A stretch of 64,000 bases of DNA. Origin: a virus. Its lineage: Duplodnaviria; Heunggongvirae; Uroviricota; Caudoviricetes. The translations under genes were made by a program, and so were the position numbers. Below, piece by piece: positions 1 through 9,498 of this stretch; positions within the stretch are counted from its first letter, which is position 1, and every line of letters begins with the position of its first letter. The notes beneath the pieces are model-generated. The model was given only the letters and a program-made list of their open reading frames with translations. It searched no databases and was not told where the DNA came from. The stretch covers positions 37,772 through 101,771 of IMG/VR virus record IMGVR_UViG_3300026533_000003; one strand, written 5' to 3'.

Positions 1-1004
1 ACCTTTAACCACTTTCCGATGTAGTCTTTAGCATTAGCTGCCATAGCTAGACGTTCTTCGTTAGTACCTTTGAGCTTTACTTTAAAGGTACAGTTGTCAC
101 CTACGTGGTTGAAGTCTTTGTAGCAGTGGAATACAGCATGACCATTCTTATCGATGTCAAAGGATTTAACTTCAAACTCTGCATCTTGGGCTACTTTATA
201 CTTTAATACATCGTAGCTGCGTGTGTTGTACACATACTTGCCAGAAGCGTTACGTACCATTAGGCCTTCATAGCCTAGTGAGGTAACTTCTTTGAAGGCA
301 GACTCTATATCTTCCTCGGATTGAGCCACTGATACTGGTATAACTTTAACATAGTTAGAGTTGGTTACTTTGTATAGTAGCTCTCCACGATAAGTATAGT
401 TCTCATCTATAAGAGGTACGTCAAAGATATGAAATACAAGGTCTTTAGTTTGAGGGTTAGGCTTCTTAACAGCTGCCATAATATTTTGGAGGTGTTCACC
501 GTGGATGTACATCTCGCCATTAATACGAGTAGTACCCATTGCCGTCATTGCAGCGTGGATAGCTGGCACTTGATGGATAGGTACTTGGTACTGTTCACCG
601 CCACGTGATAGGAGCTCTAGAGTGCCTTCAGCGTTCTTACGGTATTCACAATTAACTCCATTTAGTTTAGGAGAGATGTAGCATGGGAAGGTGATTTTAG
701 CCTTGTGCTTGTCGTAGCTGTTTACCTTCATAGGAAGTTCTACTAATACAGGAGCTTCTTCAGATTCAGAGTAGTTAGCCTTCATCTTCTTAGCCCATAC
801 TGCTTTAGCTTCAATAATGGCTTGCTCCTCAGCTGTAGTCTCATTAGAGCGCCCTACGTTCTTAGGTTTGGCAGTGGTCGCTTTAGTTTGCATTTTACCA
901 TCTTTCTGCCCCCATTCACGCGTGTAGGTATCTCCTATGATTTCCATATTTAGGACCTGAGTGGCCCCGGTCTTTGCTAGTTTGTAAAGTGTTGGTAGCT
1001 TCAT
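1..1004 (-). CDS. ATP-dependent nucleic-acid ligase, DNA-ligase-like (partial; C-terminus lies beyond the window start)
   Basis: The frame is open from ATG at 1002-1004 down to position 1, about 334 aa. 'TFPCYISPKLNGVNCEYR' resembles motif I of minimal Chlorella-virus/T7-type ligases (FPC..PK-I-D-G), but with N in place of D (KLNG). The start overlaps the stop of the next gene (TAATG). Confidence 0.5.
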   Translation of the reverse strand, partial: MKLPTLYKLAKTGATQVLNMEIIGDTYTREWGQKDGKMQTKATTAKPKNVGRSNETTAEEQAIIEAKAVWAKKMKANYSESEEAPVLVELPMKVNSYDKHKAKITFPCYISPKLNGVNCEYRKNAEGTLELLSRGGEQYQVPIHQVPAIHAAMTAMGTTRINGEMYIHGEHLQNIMAAVKKPNPQTKDLVFHIFDVPLIDENYTYRGELLYKVTNSNYVKVIPVSVAQSEEDIESAFKEVTSLGYEGLMVRNASGKYVYNTRSYDVLKYKVAQDAEFEVKSFDIDKNGHAVFHCYKDFNHVGDNCTFKVKLKGTNEERLAMAANAKDYIGKWLK

Positions 1005-1624
1005 TAGGTGTCCTTTATTAGGTTGTTTGATAGGTCTTGCAAGTCTTCTATAGTTCCATCATTACTGATTACTTTATTGAAGAGGTAGCTCTCTAAGGCT
1101 GTCTCAGAGGCGTGAGGGTCCGTTTGGGGTTTCTGTGATGAACGAGTTACCTTAACTGTTAACGCTCCTTCTAGGGCCTCTATTGGGAACCTGAAGTCAG
1201 GTATTAGGATTACATCTGTTGAAGAGTGGTCGGCTATGCGCTTACGCATAATATCTACCCATACAGCATCTCCGAAATACTTTTTCATAGCTTCGGTGCC
1301 GAAACGTTGTAAGTACCCTCTGTAAGTAGGGTTACTATTCTTTGCAGTATCTAGTTGAGCGTGAGTCATACCTAAGGTAATACTCATTATATCTTTTAGA
1401 GGGTCTGCAAAGCTTAATATAGCTACAGACTGCCCAGCTTCTGCATAGGAGTGCTTTAAGCATTTAGCGAAAGTATCTTTACCAGATCTCTTACGGCCTG
1501 CTATTAGTACTACCTTAGACAAGTTTATAGATACAGTCGGCGATCTTCTTACGAGTTTCAGCGATACCCTCTCCCAGGAATTCGTTACGGTATTTACCCG
1601 TAGTTCTAGAGTAGTCCCAAGCAT
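1004..1624 (-). CDS. deoxynucleoside monophosphate kinase (T4 gp1-like)
   Basis: P-loop 'GRKRSGKDT' closely matches T4 dNMP kinase 'GVKRSGKDT'. The first ~35 codons of the tracked ORF overlap ORF 1515..1745, so the true start is probably internal (TTG near 1521). Confidence 0.75.
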   Translation of the reverse strand: MLGTTLELRVNTVTNSWERVSLKLVRRSPTVSINLSKVVLIAGRKRSGKDTFAKCLKHSYAEAGQSVAILSFADPLKDIMSITLGMTHAQLDTAKNSNPTYRGYLQRFGTEAMKKYFGDAVWVDIMRKRIADHSSTDVILIPDFRFPIEALEGALTVKVTRSSQKPQTDPHASETALESYLFNKVISNDGTIEDLQDLSNNLIKDT

Positions 1625-1745
1625 CAGTTAGAGTTACTTGACCGCTTCTCGAGATTGTTGCTATTGCCGTCTCATAGCTGAATAAGGTACTACCCTCTTT
1701 TGTCCCAACTATTACATGGTTGGCGTTTATCATAGTTACAGTCAT
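1515..1745 (-). CDS. hypothetical protein
   Basis: 76-aa ORF co-oriented with its neighbours; no recognisable motif. Confidence 0.3.
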   Translation of the reverse strand: MTVTMINANHVIVGTKEGSTLFSYETAIATISRSGQVTLTDAWDYSRTTGKYRNEFLGEGIAETRKKIADCIYKLV

Positions 1746-1903
1746 AGTAACTCCTTTAGTTAGTTTACGTTAATCCAAGTATTGGATGATTTTGTCTGCA
1801 TTTGCCCACATTTAGGACAGGATCTAAAATGACGTCCTCTATGGGTTATTTGGTATTCCCACGTATGGAAGCCAAATAGACATTTTATAAATTGAATCAT
1901 CGT

Positions 1904-3640
1904 CTAGCCTTCACAGGCCGAGCAAACTGATTTGTCAACTTTATGGACTGACTCTTCGTTTAAGCTATGGATGTAGTAGAGTGACTGGAGGTATGGATCC
2001 ATCAGTGCTATGTAGTGAAGTCTAGAGATTTCCTCTTCAGTTTCTTCTTTAGTTATGAAGATGTTAAGAGACTGGCCTTGGCCACCTCCTCCCTCATTCA
2101 TTAGCTTCTGACGGTGTGAGCCCATCATTATAATGGTCTCCTGGTTTAGCTCATAAGCAGTTCTGAAAACAGACTTCTCGTGATCTGATAACCAGTCCTC
2201 ACCTTGTACTGAGCCTTGAGACTCCGAGATACGTTTCATTACCTCTTCGTTGTACATTCCTCTTTCCTTCATGATAGGTAGAAGGATAGGGTTGATACGG
2301 AATACAGTACCACCAGCAGTGTCTTGGCCATAGACGTTAGCGTACACAGGGTTGATACCTTCTGATATACCGCCTTGGATAATGGCTGTTGACTTAGTGG
2401 GTGGGAATGCTAGACGATGGGAGTTACGAAGGCCATAGCCCTCCAACCACTTAGGTTCTCCTAGCTCTCTTGCCATTAGTTTAGTTGCTGCAAGTGATTC
2501 ACGGTCTAAGTGTTTTACTAGTAGCTGGTTAAACTGGATGGATTGAAAGTCTCCGAACTCCCACATCTTGCTTTGGAAGTAAGACGATTGGCCTAGTTGA
2601 CCTAGCCCTAAGGCTCTTGACTTCTCTGTGAATGCGATTATGCGTTCAAAGCCTTCTTCGTTATGAGCTTTCTCTAACATGTCTTCGATTACGGCGTCTA
2701 GGAACACTGTTGCAATTTGTACTGCGTAGGTGTCTTTCCATTCGTCGTATTTAAGTACATTCATAGATGATAGTACACAAGTGAATGAGTGGTCTTTATC
2801 TGACATTAAAGCTATCTCAGCACATAGGTTAGAGTGACGTACGTAGAAACCTCTATCTATATACATTTGAGATCTGGCGCTGTTTACTTTATCTAGAAAG
2901 AGTAAGTAGCCTTTACCTTTGATCATCTTAGCACGTAGCATACGTTTCCAGATGTAGTCAGCTCTAGCCGCATCTGTGCGAAATAGTGCCTTGAAGTCTT
3001 CAGTGATGTTCCATCCGATATTCCAACCGTCGTCGTCTGCCACGATTTGCTCTACAAGCTCATCGAAGTCAGGGTGAAGAACGTTTACGTATTGTCCTAC
3101 GTTACCACGGCGTGTGCCTTGGCTGATATCTTTCATATCTTGAACAATTCCTGCCGCGGGTTGCATAATACCGTTGGCTGTGCCACCACGCGATACCTTA
3201 GCACCACGATGACGTACGGGATCTAGGCACCATGAGGTACCGTATCCACGTTGAGTTAGTTGTGCTATCTCTGTGCGTGCTTGGTAGAATGATCTGATAG
3301 AGTCTCCTACATAGGTACCTGAACATGCGATAGGGTGGCCTCTACTGTTACCCATATTTGTCAATACAGGTGTAGAAGGTGATAGCCAGCCTTTCCACAT
3401 TACGTCGAAGTAAGCTTCTTCCCAGTTGTTGTAGTCCATATAGGATGGGATATTAAACTTAGTTAGCTCTGCAGCTCTCTTAGCTATACGCGTGTACATG
3501 TCATAAGGTGTTTCTGCCGTGTTTAGGTACTCTTGTCCCTTTAGGAGCTGGTAGCTTGCTGTCGACATCCATTGAGGTGCAAGACCATCTGACTGGAGTT
3601 GCTTTCTCTCATGAGATAAACGTTCGTATTTATTGCTCAT
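1904..3640 (-). CDS. nrdA: ribonucleotide reductase large subunit (class Ia NrdA)
   Basis: 578 aa with the active-site 'SNLCAEI' (NxCxE) motif, a C-terminal Cys pair 'CSACEG' and the typical RNR alpha length. Confidence 0.9.
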   Translation of the reverse strand: MSNKYERLSHERKQLQSDGLAPQWMSTASYQLLKGQEYLNTAETPYDMYTRIAKRAAELTKFNIPSYMDYNNWEEAYFDVMWKGWLSPSTPVLTNMGNSRGHPIACSGTYVGDSIRSFYQARTEIAQLTQRGYGTSWCLDPVRHRGAKVSRGGTANGIMQPAAGIVQDMKDISQGTRRGNVGQYVNVLHPDFDELVEQIVADDDGWNIGWNITEDFKALFRTDAARADYIWKRMLRAKMIKGKGYLLFLDKVNSARSQMYIDRGFYVRHSNLCAEIALMSDKDHSFTCVLSSMNVLKYDEWKDTYAVQIATVFLDAVIEDMLEKAHNEEGFERIIAFTEKSRALGLGQLGQSSYFQSKMWEFGDFQSIQFNQLLVKHLDRESLAATKLMARELGEPKWLEGYGLRNSHRLAFPPTKSTAIIQGGISEGINPVYANVYGQDTAGGTVFRINPILLPIMKERGMYNEEVMKRISESQGSVQGEDWLSDHEKSVFRTAYELNQETIIMMGSHRQKLMNEGGGGQGQSLNIFITKEETEEEISRLHYIALMDPYLQSLYYIHSLNEESVHKVDKSVCSACEG

Positions 3641-4664
3641 CTGAGTCTCCTTTGATGTATGGTAGTAGGCTGAATGAATCTAACTTCCACGTTCTGCTGT
3701 ACTGGTTAGTACCACCTGCAAAGAAGTCATGTATTTTGATAGCACCAGTTCCTTGGTAGAACCATGCTGATACAGTGTCGTCAGTGTCTTCTACATATAG
3801 ATCCTTTTGGCCCAGCAGGCCTAATGCTTCATTGGCTCTAGAGCGTATAAATGCTTTGAGGTTAATACCTTTGATGTCGTTGATAGCAACATCTCCAGGG
3901 AATATGTAGTCTATAACGTCATCCTCGTGGCGTATGATCTCTTTGAAGAGCTCTTGTATATCCTCATCTAGCTTAAGGCGATCGATGTTTCTAGGACCGC
4001 TAGAGTCCTCGTGAAGTACAGTTTTGAATAGGTACGCTGCGAAGTTGCCATGGATAGTTTCATCTTGCACAACAAAGTCTACACCTGTTATAGTGTTTTT
4101 GATTAAGTTGTTACCGTTAGACTGGAAGGACTTTAACATAGCAAAGTTACTGAATAGTAATACCTGCTCTATTGCCGCTACCGTAGCTAACGCCAAGGGC
4201 TTGTTACCTTCAAGGTTGGATGTGATCCTTGTCAGAAAAGCTAGTTTAGATTTAAGAACAGCTATAACTTCTTGGTTTCTAGCTATCTCTTCTGGTTCTA
4301 TATTTAACTCGTCTGACATTTTCTGATAGAAGAAAGCGTGTACAGATTTCTCCATACGTGCTATCTCTATACAGCAGCCGTCTACCTCTGAGTGTGGGTA
4401 CCATGATGATATCTTCTCCCACACTTCCCCGACTTTCTGCTCTATTTCTACAAATAGTTGAAGTGTTACAGTTACTAGGTTAAGCTGGTTAGCATCTAGT
4501 ACGTGGCGGTATTGGTGCACATCTTTATCTACTGGGATTTCTTTTGCAGTCCAGCTTACATCTTGCTGCATCTCCATAATGTCTTTAGCTTCAGGGTAGA
4601 AGTAGCGACCGAATAGCGGGTTCTCAGTTTCTATTGGTAGCTTATTTTGAGATATCTGTTTCAT
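3630..4664 (-). CDS. nrdB: ribonucleotide reductase small subunit (NrdB)
   Basis: 344 aa with ferritin-like diiron pattern (E..H pairs, 'FSNFAMLKSF'). It lies immediately upstream of nrdA and overlaps it by 11 nt. Confidence 0.85.
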   Translation of the reverse strand: MKQISQNKLPIETENPLFGRYFYPEAKDIMEMQQDVSWTAKEIPVDKDVHQYRHVLDANQLNLVTVTLQLFVEIEQKVGEVWEKISSWYPHSEVDGCCIEIARMEKSVHAFFYQKMSDELNIEPEEIARNQEVIAVLKSKLAFLTRITSNLEGNKPLALATVAAIEQVLLFSNFAMLKSFQSNGNNLIKNTITGVDFVVQDETIHGNFAAYLFKTVLHEDSSGPRNIDRLKLDEDIQELFKEIIRHEDDVIDYIFPGDVAINDIKGINLKAFIRSRANEALGLLGQKDLYVEDTDDTVSAWFYQGTGAIKIHDFFAGGTNQYSRTWKLDSFSLLPYIKGDSDEQ

Positions 4665-4815
4665 CTTTAAATGCCTTTGCTACTGAGTGGATAGCTGGTG
4701 TTGATAAATACAATGCTACACCTGCTATAGCTAAACCTGTTGCACCAGTAAGGCCATTGAAGAAAGCTATTGCTAAGATTACTAGATCCAGTATAGCTAT
4801 TGCTTTATTTACCAT
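4642..4815 (-). CDS. small hydrophobic protein (57 aa, hand-called)
   Basis: Sequence MVNKAIAILDLVILAIAFFNGLTGATGLAIAGVALYL... fills the gap between nrdB and the RNA ligase and is co-oriented with them. Confidence 0.25.
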   Translation of the reverse strand: MVNKAIAILDLVILAIAFFNGLTGATGLAIAGVALYLSTPAIHSVAKAFKDETDISK

Positions 4816-4818
4816 AGC

Positions 4819-4995
4819 TTACTTCTTTTTGTCTTCTGCTACTAAGGCAGCTCTTACGGCAGTTACACCATTTTTGATCTCTCCGAGTTGCTTACGGATT
4901 GCAGCTGATGCTACTTTAGTTTGCTTTTCACTAAAGGCAGTGATTGAGTCTACTGCTAATTGTAGTTGTAATTTCATTTCGTTTAATTCTTTCAT
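4819..4995 (-). CDS. small hypothetical protein (58 aa, hand-called)
   Basis: MKELNEMKLQLQLAVDSITAF...; ATG at 4993-4995, co-oriented with neighbours. Confidence 0.25.
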   Translation of the reverse strand: MKELNEMKLQLQLAVDSITAFSEKQTKVASAAIRKQLGEIKNGVTAVRAALVAEDKKK

Positions 4996-4997
4996 GT

Positions 4998-6089
4998 TTA
5001 TCCTTGTGTGTTTAAATAGTTTGTGTAATAGTCTCTGATTATAGGGACTATAAATGCTCGTGCGTCTTTTAGGGATATAGAAGCCTCTGTTAGTAGGTCA
5101 AGATCTTCCTTAACAATATCTTTAAGTACCCATTTAATTACTTCACCCATATGCTTCATTTCTGTAGCGTTGGTCTCCGTGATTGCTTGAGTCAGCCTCC
5201 ATACAGGAGTTACCCTACTTGCCATGTTATCTAATAGCTCAGCCTGTTCGGATGTTAGGCTACGTTTAGGGTCTTTAGGAGTTTTAGGCTTACCACCATG
5301 TTTCTCACCCTTGACTTTAAGGCGCAAGACTTCATCGTTTACCACACAGTGGAATACTACTCCCTCACCAACGTTGTTAGGCTTGTCAAAGAATGCAGCA
5401 ATAGGGGATTTTTCCTCGATTGATAGCATTAGCTCTTCTAGTTTAGTATAAGATCCTTCTTTGTCGTTAAGATCAAGTGTGATGTTGTAGCGACCAAACT
5501 CTGCAAGGTTATATATAAAGTGGTCTTTGTGTTCTATACCAAATGTAGATACGTACGACTGTACTTCACCAGTTTCATTAGATATGATACGACATAGGTC
5601 GAATAGATAGAAAGCTTTGTCAGTACCTGAACAGGCTGCATTACCCCTTTGGATATTGCCACCTGCCCATTCACCATCTAGGACTATAGTTACTTCGTTA
5701 GTGTCTAGATAGCAAGTCTCAGCTACCTCGTCGAAGATAGTTTGGAAAGTAGACTTATGCTGCTCTACGAATTGAGCCATGCCGTTTTGGTCACCCAGCA
5801 CAGTACGAATAGAGTTACGGCCTTGTACCCAAATCTCACCACTAGAGTAGCATACTGCCATATTCTCTCCGTGAAGTTTCTCTGAGCCAAATAGCTCTAT
5901 TGTTGGCATGTCTGGTTTAAACTCTTGGAGTAGCTTGGCCTGGGCTTCAGTAGGCTTTTCTCCTAGGGTGGGGTCGTAGCTGGCATAGTCGTAGCGAGCT
6001 TGGTTGTCACTCATACGTGCTACCTGCTTATAGAAGTTAGGCCAGTTAGGGATGCTTCCGTAGTGAAGGTGTCTTCTAGCCGATTCCAT
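4998..6089 (-). CDS. RNA ligase, Rnl2-like
   Basis: Nucleotidyltransferase motif I 'EKLHGEN' matches T4 Rnl2 'EKIHGTN' (K-x-H-G-x-N). 363 aa. Confidence 0.65.
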   Translation of the reverse strand: MESARRHLHYGSIPNWPNFYKQVARMSDNQARYDYASYDPTLGEKPTEAQAKLLQEFKPDMPTIELFGSEKLHGENMAVCYSSGEIWVQGRNSIRTVLGDQNGMAQFVEQHKSTFQTIFDEVAETCYLDTNEVTIVLDGEWAGGNIQRGNAACSGTDKAFYLFDLCRIISNETGEVQSYVSTFGIEHKDHFIYNLAEFGRYNITLDLNDKEGSYTKLEELMLSIEEKSPIAAFFDKPNNVGEGVVFHCVVNDEVLRLKVKGEKHGGKPKTPKDPKRSLTSEQAELLDNMASRVTPVWRLTQAITETNATEMKHMGEVIKWVLKDIVKEDLDLLTEASISLKDARAFIVPIIRDYYTNYLNTQG

Positions 6090-6598
6090 TACTTGCTACC
6101 TGGAAATCCACTGCTTTTCTTAGCTGCTGCACCTGGAAATCCAGACTTAGCTGCTGCTGTTGGGGCTGCAGCGCCACCACTGTTACCAGTTTGTTGTGCT
6201 TTCTTCCATGCGGCTACAGCTTCGGCAGTTACACCGTCTTCGTATTTGATTTCATCAGCTACTACAACGTCTTTAGCGTAGCGGTCACCGAAGTTAGCAT
6301 CTTCTACGATTTCTGATCCTGCAGCATTGTCAGTTGAACGGTAGAAACGGCGTACAGATACGTCTTCTTTAATTTCACCTTTGTACATGCGGTATGCAAT
6401 TTGAACCCAAGCTTTAACAGTTACGTCGTTTAACTCTGGTATACAGTTAAGTTCTTTGCTGCCTTTCTTGAAAGTTACAGTAGTTGGTTCGGCGTCAGAT
6501 AGTTCATCTTCCCCTAGTACTACTGCTAACGATTCAATGATCTTATAGCCAAATGTTGGTTGGCCATTGATACCGATAATGTTGTTACCGTAGCTCAT
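6089..6598 (-). CDS. putative ssDNA-binding protein (T7 gp2.5-like?)
   Basis: 'GIYDLTLK' resembles T7 gp2.5 'GVYKVDLTIP', but that matching segment lies in the in-frame extension upstream of the tracked ATG (see finding); location is in the recombination/replication block. Weak call. Confidence 0.3.
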   Translation of the reverse strand: MSYGNNIIGINGQPTFGYKIIESLAVVLGEDELSDAEPTTVTFKKGSKELNCIPELNDVTVKAWVQIAYRMYKGEIKEDVSVRRFYRSTDNAAGSEIVEDANFGDRYAKDVVVADEIKYEDGVTAEAVAAWKKAQQTGNSGGAAAPTAAAKSGFPGAAAKKSSGFPGSK

Positions 6599-6783
6599 AG
6601 CTTTATCGAAGAAGTAGTTTACTTGTACCGCTCCGTTTGGTGTTGTGACTACTTCTGCATGCTTAAGTGTTAGGTCGTAGATACCTGACTTCTGGATGTA
6701 TGAGCTTGCGCCCTCTTTTTTAACGTCGTCTTGGTTAACTGTAATGAATGCTATAATTTATCCTTTTTCTCTTGTTGTTAGAG

Positions 6784-7467
6784 TTATATACTTCCATGGT
6801 TAGAATGAAAGTTGTGCTTAACCTCTGCTGCTTTTCTGGCAGCTATGGCGTCTGATTTATTAGAGAAGCTTCCTAGGTTAAGAGTCTTACCCTCTATACC
6901 TATTCTCGCTCTCCACTTATTTGTTTTAACATCCCATATAACACCATGAAACCCTGACTTGTTGCATTTGTACAGTTTCTTTGACTGCATATTGACAAGT
7001 TTAGTTACATCTCTTAAATTACTTAAGCTGTTATCTGATGGGTCGTGATTTTTATGATCTATAACGTTTGTAGGTAGAACTCCATACATATATAACCATG
7101 CAAGCCTTTGGGCCTGGTATCGCTTATAGCCGATAGATATTGTTATATACCCGTTATGTACTGTTCCAACAGTTTTGTTCGGGTACTTAATGTTTGTAAA
7201 TATACCTGTAGTAGGATTATACGTATACAGTTTCTTTAGATACTCCTGTGTTAAGTGTACTACTACTGTTCGTCCTCTTACTTTTGTGCATGTATTGCAT
7301 TTGCCTGATGACTTTAAAGCGGATGAAAACACCAGTACTTTAGGTGAATCACACTCGGTACATTTAAACAGGCCACACCTATCCACTTGTGGTGATGATT
7401 TTCTCTTTCTGCCTTCAACTTCTTTTATAAATATAAGGTTAAAGTCAGATTGTGTATATATTCTCAT
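6784..7467 (-). CDS. HNH homing endonuclease with AP2 DNA-binding domain
   Basis: HNH motif 'IDHKNHDPSDNSLSNLR' and AP2 domain 'GFHGVIWDVKTNKWRARIGIEGKTLNLGSFSNKSDAIAARKAAEVKHNF'. Confidence 0.8.
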   Translation of the reverse strand: MRIYTQSDFNLIFIKEVEGRKRKSSPQVDRCGLFKCTECDSPKVLVFSSALKSSGKCNTCTKVRGRTVVVHLTQEYLKKLYTYNPTTGIFTNIKYPNKTVGTVHNGYITISIGYKRYQAQRLAWLYMYGVLPTNVIDHKNHDPSDNSLSNLRDVTKLVNMQSKKLYKCNKSGFHGVIWDVKTNKWRARIGIEGKTLNLGSFSNKSDAIAARKAAEVKHNFHSNHGSI

Positions 7468-7540
7468 TTAAACTCCTTGCTGCAGTATAGTAACTTTAGC
7501 TTAAGGTACTCTTAAATGCCTGTTGATACTATTAAAAGTT

Positions 7541-8203
7541 TCATAAAATGAATTCAGTAGCTTCAAGCTTTGCAGCTGTTAGTTTAGCTATATGCTCATT
7601 GATGTCGTACTTAGTGCTATCCACAGAATCTTCTAGATCTGATAGAGTAGTACGGCATGGGAACTTCATTGATTTCTGGTGAATGAGGAACTTGCCGCTT
7701 TTCTTCTCGATGAAGATACCGTCATTTACGACAGAAATCCAACTCCCAGCTTTACCGAATTGGCCTGTTGCAGGGATGATATGGCGAGCAGTATCAGGGT
7801 CGAAAGTTGTATGTGCAATAACAACAACGTTTACACCATTAGCTATCAGCACGTCTTCAATGTAGGCGTTTAATGCTAGAGTGTCTTTGTTGTTTGCCTT
7901 GTGCTCATCGAAGCCTTTGTATGCATCTCCATTATAGGCTTGCATTGTAGAGTAGAACTGGGTTACAGTATCAAAGACAACAGTCTCTGGTAGTTTCCCT
8001 ATCTTCTCTTGGTATACACCTAGCTTCTCGTTGATAGTATCAATGAGAGGAGGGATGCCAGTGTACTCAGTTATATTCATATGAGGTACAGGGAATCCGT
8101 ACTCTTTACGGTCAAAGTTTATTACCATAGAGTTGTTGATTGCAGCTCCGGTAGTTGATTTACCTGTGTTTTCAAATCCACAGAGTAGTAGCTTTATTGC
8201 CAT
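7541..8203 (-). CDS. Sak4-like / RecA-fold AAA ATPase
   Basis: N-terminal Walker A 'CGFENTGKST', 220 aa. The position beside a PD-(D/E)XK nuclease is typical of phage Sak4-exonuclease pairs. Confidence 0.55.
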   Translation of the reverse strand: MAIKLLLCGFENTGKSTTGAAINNSMVINFDRKEYGFPVPHMNITEYTGIPPLIDTINEKLGVYQEKIGKLPETVVFDTVTQFYSTMQAYNGDAYKGFDEHKANNKDTLALNAYIEDVLIANGVNVVVIAHTTFDPDTARHIIPATGQFGKAGSWISVVNDGIFIEKKSGKFLIHQKSMKFPCRTTLSDLEDSVDSTKYDINEHIAKLTAAKLEATEFIL

Positions 8204-8239
8204 TAGTTCTCCTTTTGTTGTTTTTGCTTTTATTGACTT

Positions 8240-8530
8240 CTAGGTCATCTTTGAAAGATTGTACAGCTGCCCTGCAGCGTAATTGCCACATAGGTCACAG
8301 CAGTAGGCTCTCTTATTCTTACTGAGGTGTAGTAATGTTGTATCTGTGCACTGGGCACATGTGAACTTCTTGACTTTTACCTTATCCAGGTCCTTCACCA
8401 GACTCTCTAGCACTTTTTTTAGCACTGCCTTGTGCTTGTACTTAATATCATCAGGGATTAGGGATACCATTCGTGGTGCCATTCCTCTTAGCTGCATGAT
8501 GTTCCAATTACGCTGTTTAGCAGGAGTCAT
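8240..8530 (-). CDS. small Cys-rich (zinc-finger-like) protein
   Basis: CAQC...CCDLC pattern; 96 aa. Confidence 0.3.
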   Translation of the reverse strand: MTPAKQRNWNIMQLRGMAPRMVSLIPDDIKYKHKAVLKKVLESLVKDLDKVKVKKFTCAQCTDTTLLHLSKNKRAYCCDLCGNYAAGQLYNLSKMT

Positions 8531-9366
8531 TATGTCACCTTCTGGCGGTAGTCACCCATTAGTAGGTATCGCCATTCTGGAAGGGCTTTGAATGCTTGGG
8601 CAGAGTCTGCTATTACTAGTAGGATTCCTTCTATGAAGCTCTTAGCCTGTTCGTCAAATGGTAACGTGAAATTAATCGTACGCACTGGTAAAGTCTTTGT
8701 AGCTTGTACTGTAAAGCACAACTCTACCTCATCGATAGGGATACCAAGTTTAGTAAGTATATAAGCGTAGGTGTAGGCCTGTAACTTGTAAGCGTAACTG
8801 AATGATGAAGGTTTCTTCGATGCAGTTTTATAATCGCGTACAGTTAGTCTGCCAGAGTGTTTACCAGCTTTTATGTCTTCCCAGGTGTCAGTAGGTGCTG
8901 ACGATGTAATTGCATCGTAAGAGCCTCCTACGAAGATCCCTGGTAAGAGTTCTAACTTGATAAAGCCTTCTGCAGATACGGTATTAGCAGGTAACACAAA
9001 GTCCTTTATTAAAGGCTCTGCCATAGTCCTCCACAGGCCCCGTATCTTGTCGGTATCGTAGTCTTCATCACCATCATAAGTTGCGATGTAGTTTTCCACT
9101 GCTTCGTCTAGCAGAGCTGAATCGTGAGGTACCCCGGTGCGTTTAGCTTCTGATACTACCTCTGCTGCCGCGTGTACACAAGTACCGTTTACAGTCGAGG
9201 TTGATCCAGTGAACTTCTTAGTACCCCCTAGTAGGTTCTCAGTATACCATTGCACTTTGTCTGAGAAGAATTTCTCAACTCCTGATGGTGAGATGCGAAA
9301 GGCATCGGCAGGGATTTCAGATGATCCGTCATTGTAGGCGAATAGGGATGAGTATGGGTTAGACAT
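8530..9366 (-). CDS. PD-(D/E)XK nuclease (RecB/Cas4-like exonuclease)
   Basis: Motifs 'GGSYDAI', 'RDYKT' and 'KLQAYTYAYIL' match RecB-family motifs II, III and QxxxY. Confidence 0.5.
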   Translation of the reverse strand: MSNPYSSLFAYNDGSSEIPADAFRISPSGVEKFFSDKVQWYTENLLGGTKKFTGSTSTVNGTCVHAAAEVVSEAKRTGVPHDSALLDEAVENYIATYDGDEDYDTDKIRGLWRTMAEPLIKDFVLPANTVSAEGFIKLELLPGIFVGGSYDAITSSAPTDTWEDIKAGKHSGRLTVRDYKTASKKPSSFSYAYKLQAYTYAYILTKLGIPIDEVELCFTVQATKTLPVRTINFTLPFDEQAKSFIEGILLVIADSAQAFKALPEWRYLLMGDYRQKVT

Positions 9367-9498
9367 CTTTAGTCTCTGAGAGTGCTTGAGACTCGTAGTC
9401 TATAACTCTAGTATCATTGAAGATACTTGGTAGTACCTCATGTGTCCAGTGTACCCAGTAACCAGTTAGGGTATAGTAGAAATTAATTATAAAGTGCA

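Noticed and set aside
3508-4326. Plus-strand ORFs 3508..3759 and 4024..4326 inside nrdA/nrdB.
   Set aside because: They are antisense to strongly supported genes, have no motifs, and are typical shadow ORFs. Other antisense tracked ORFs such as 5224..5451, 6000..6281, 7175..7471 and 26488..26823 are rejected for the same reason.
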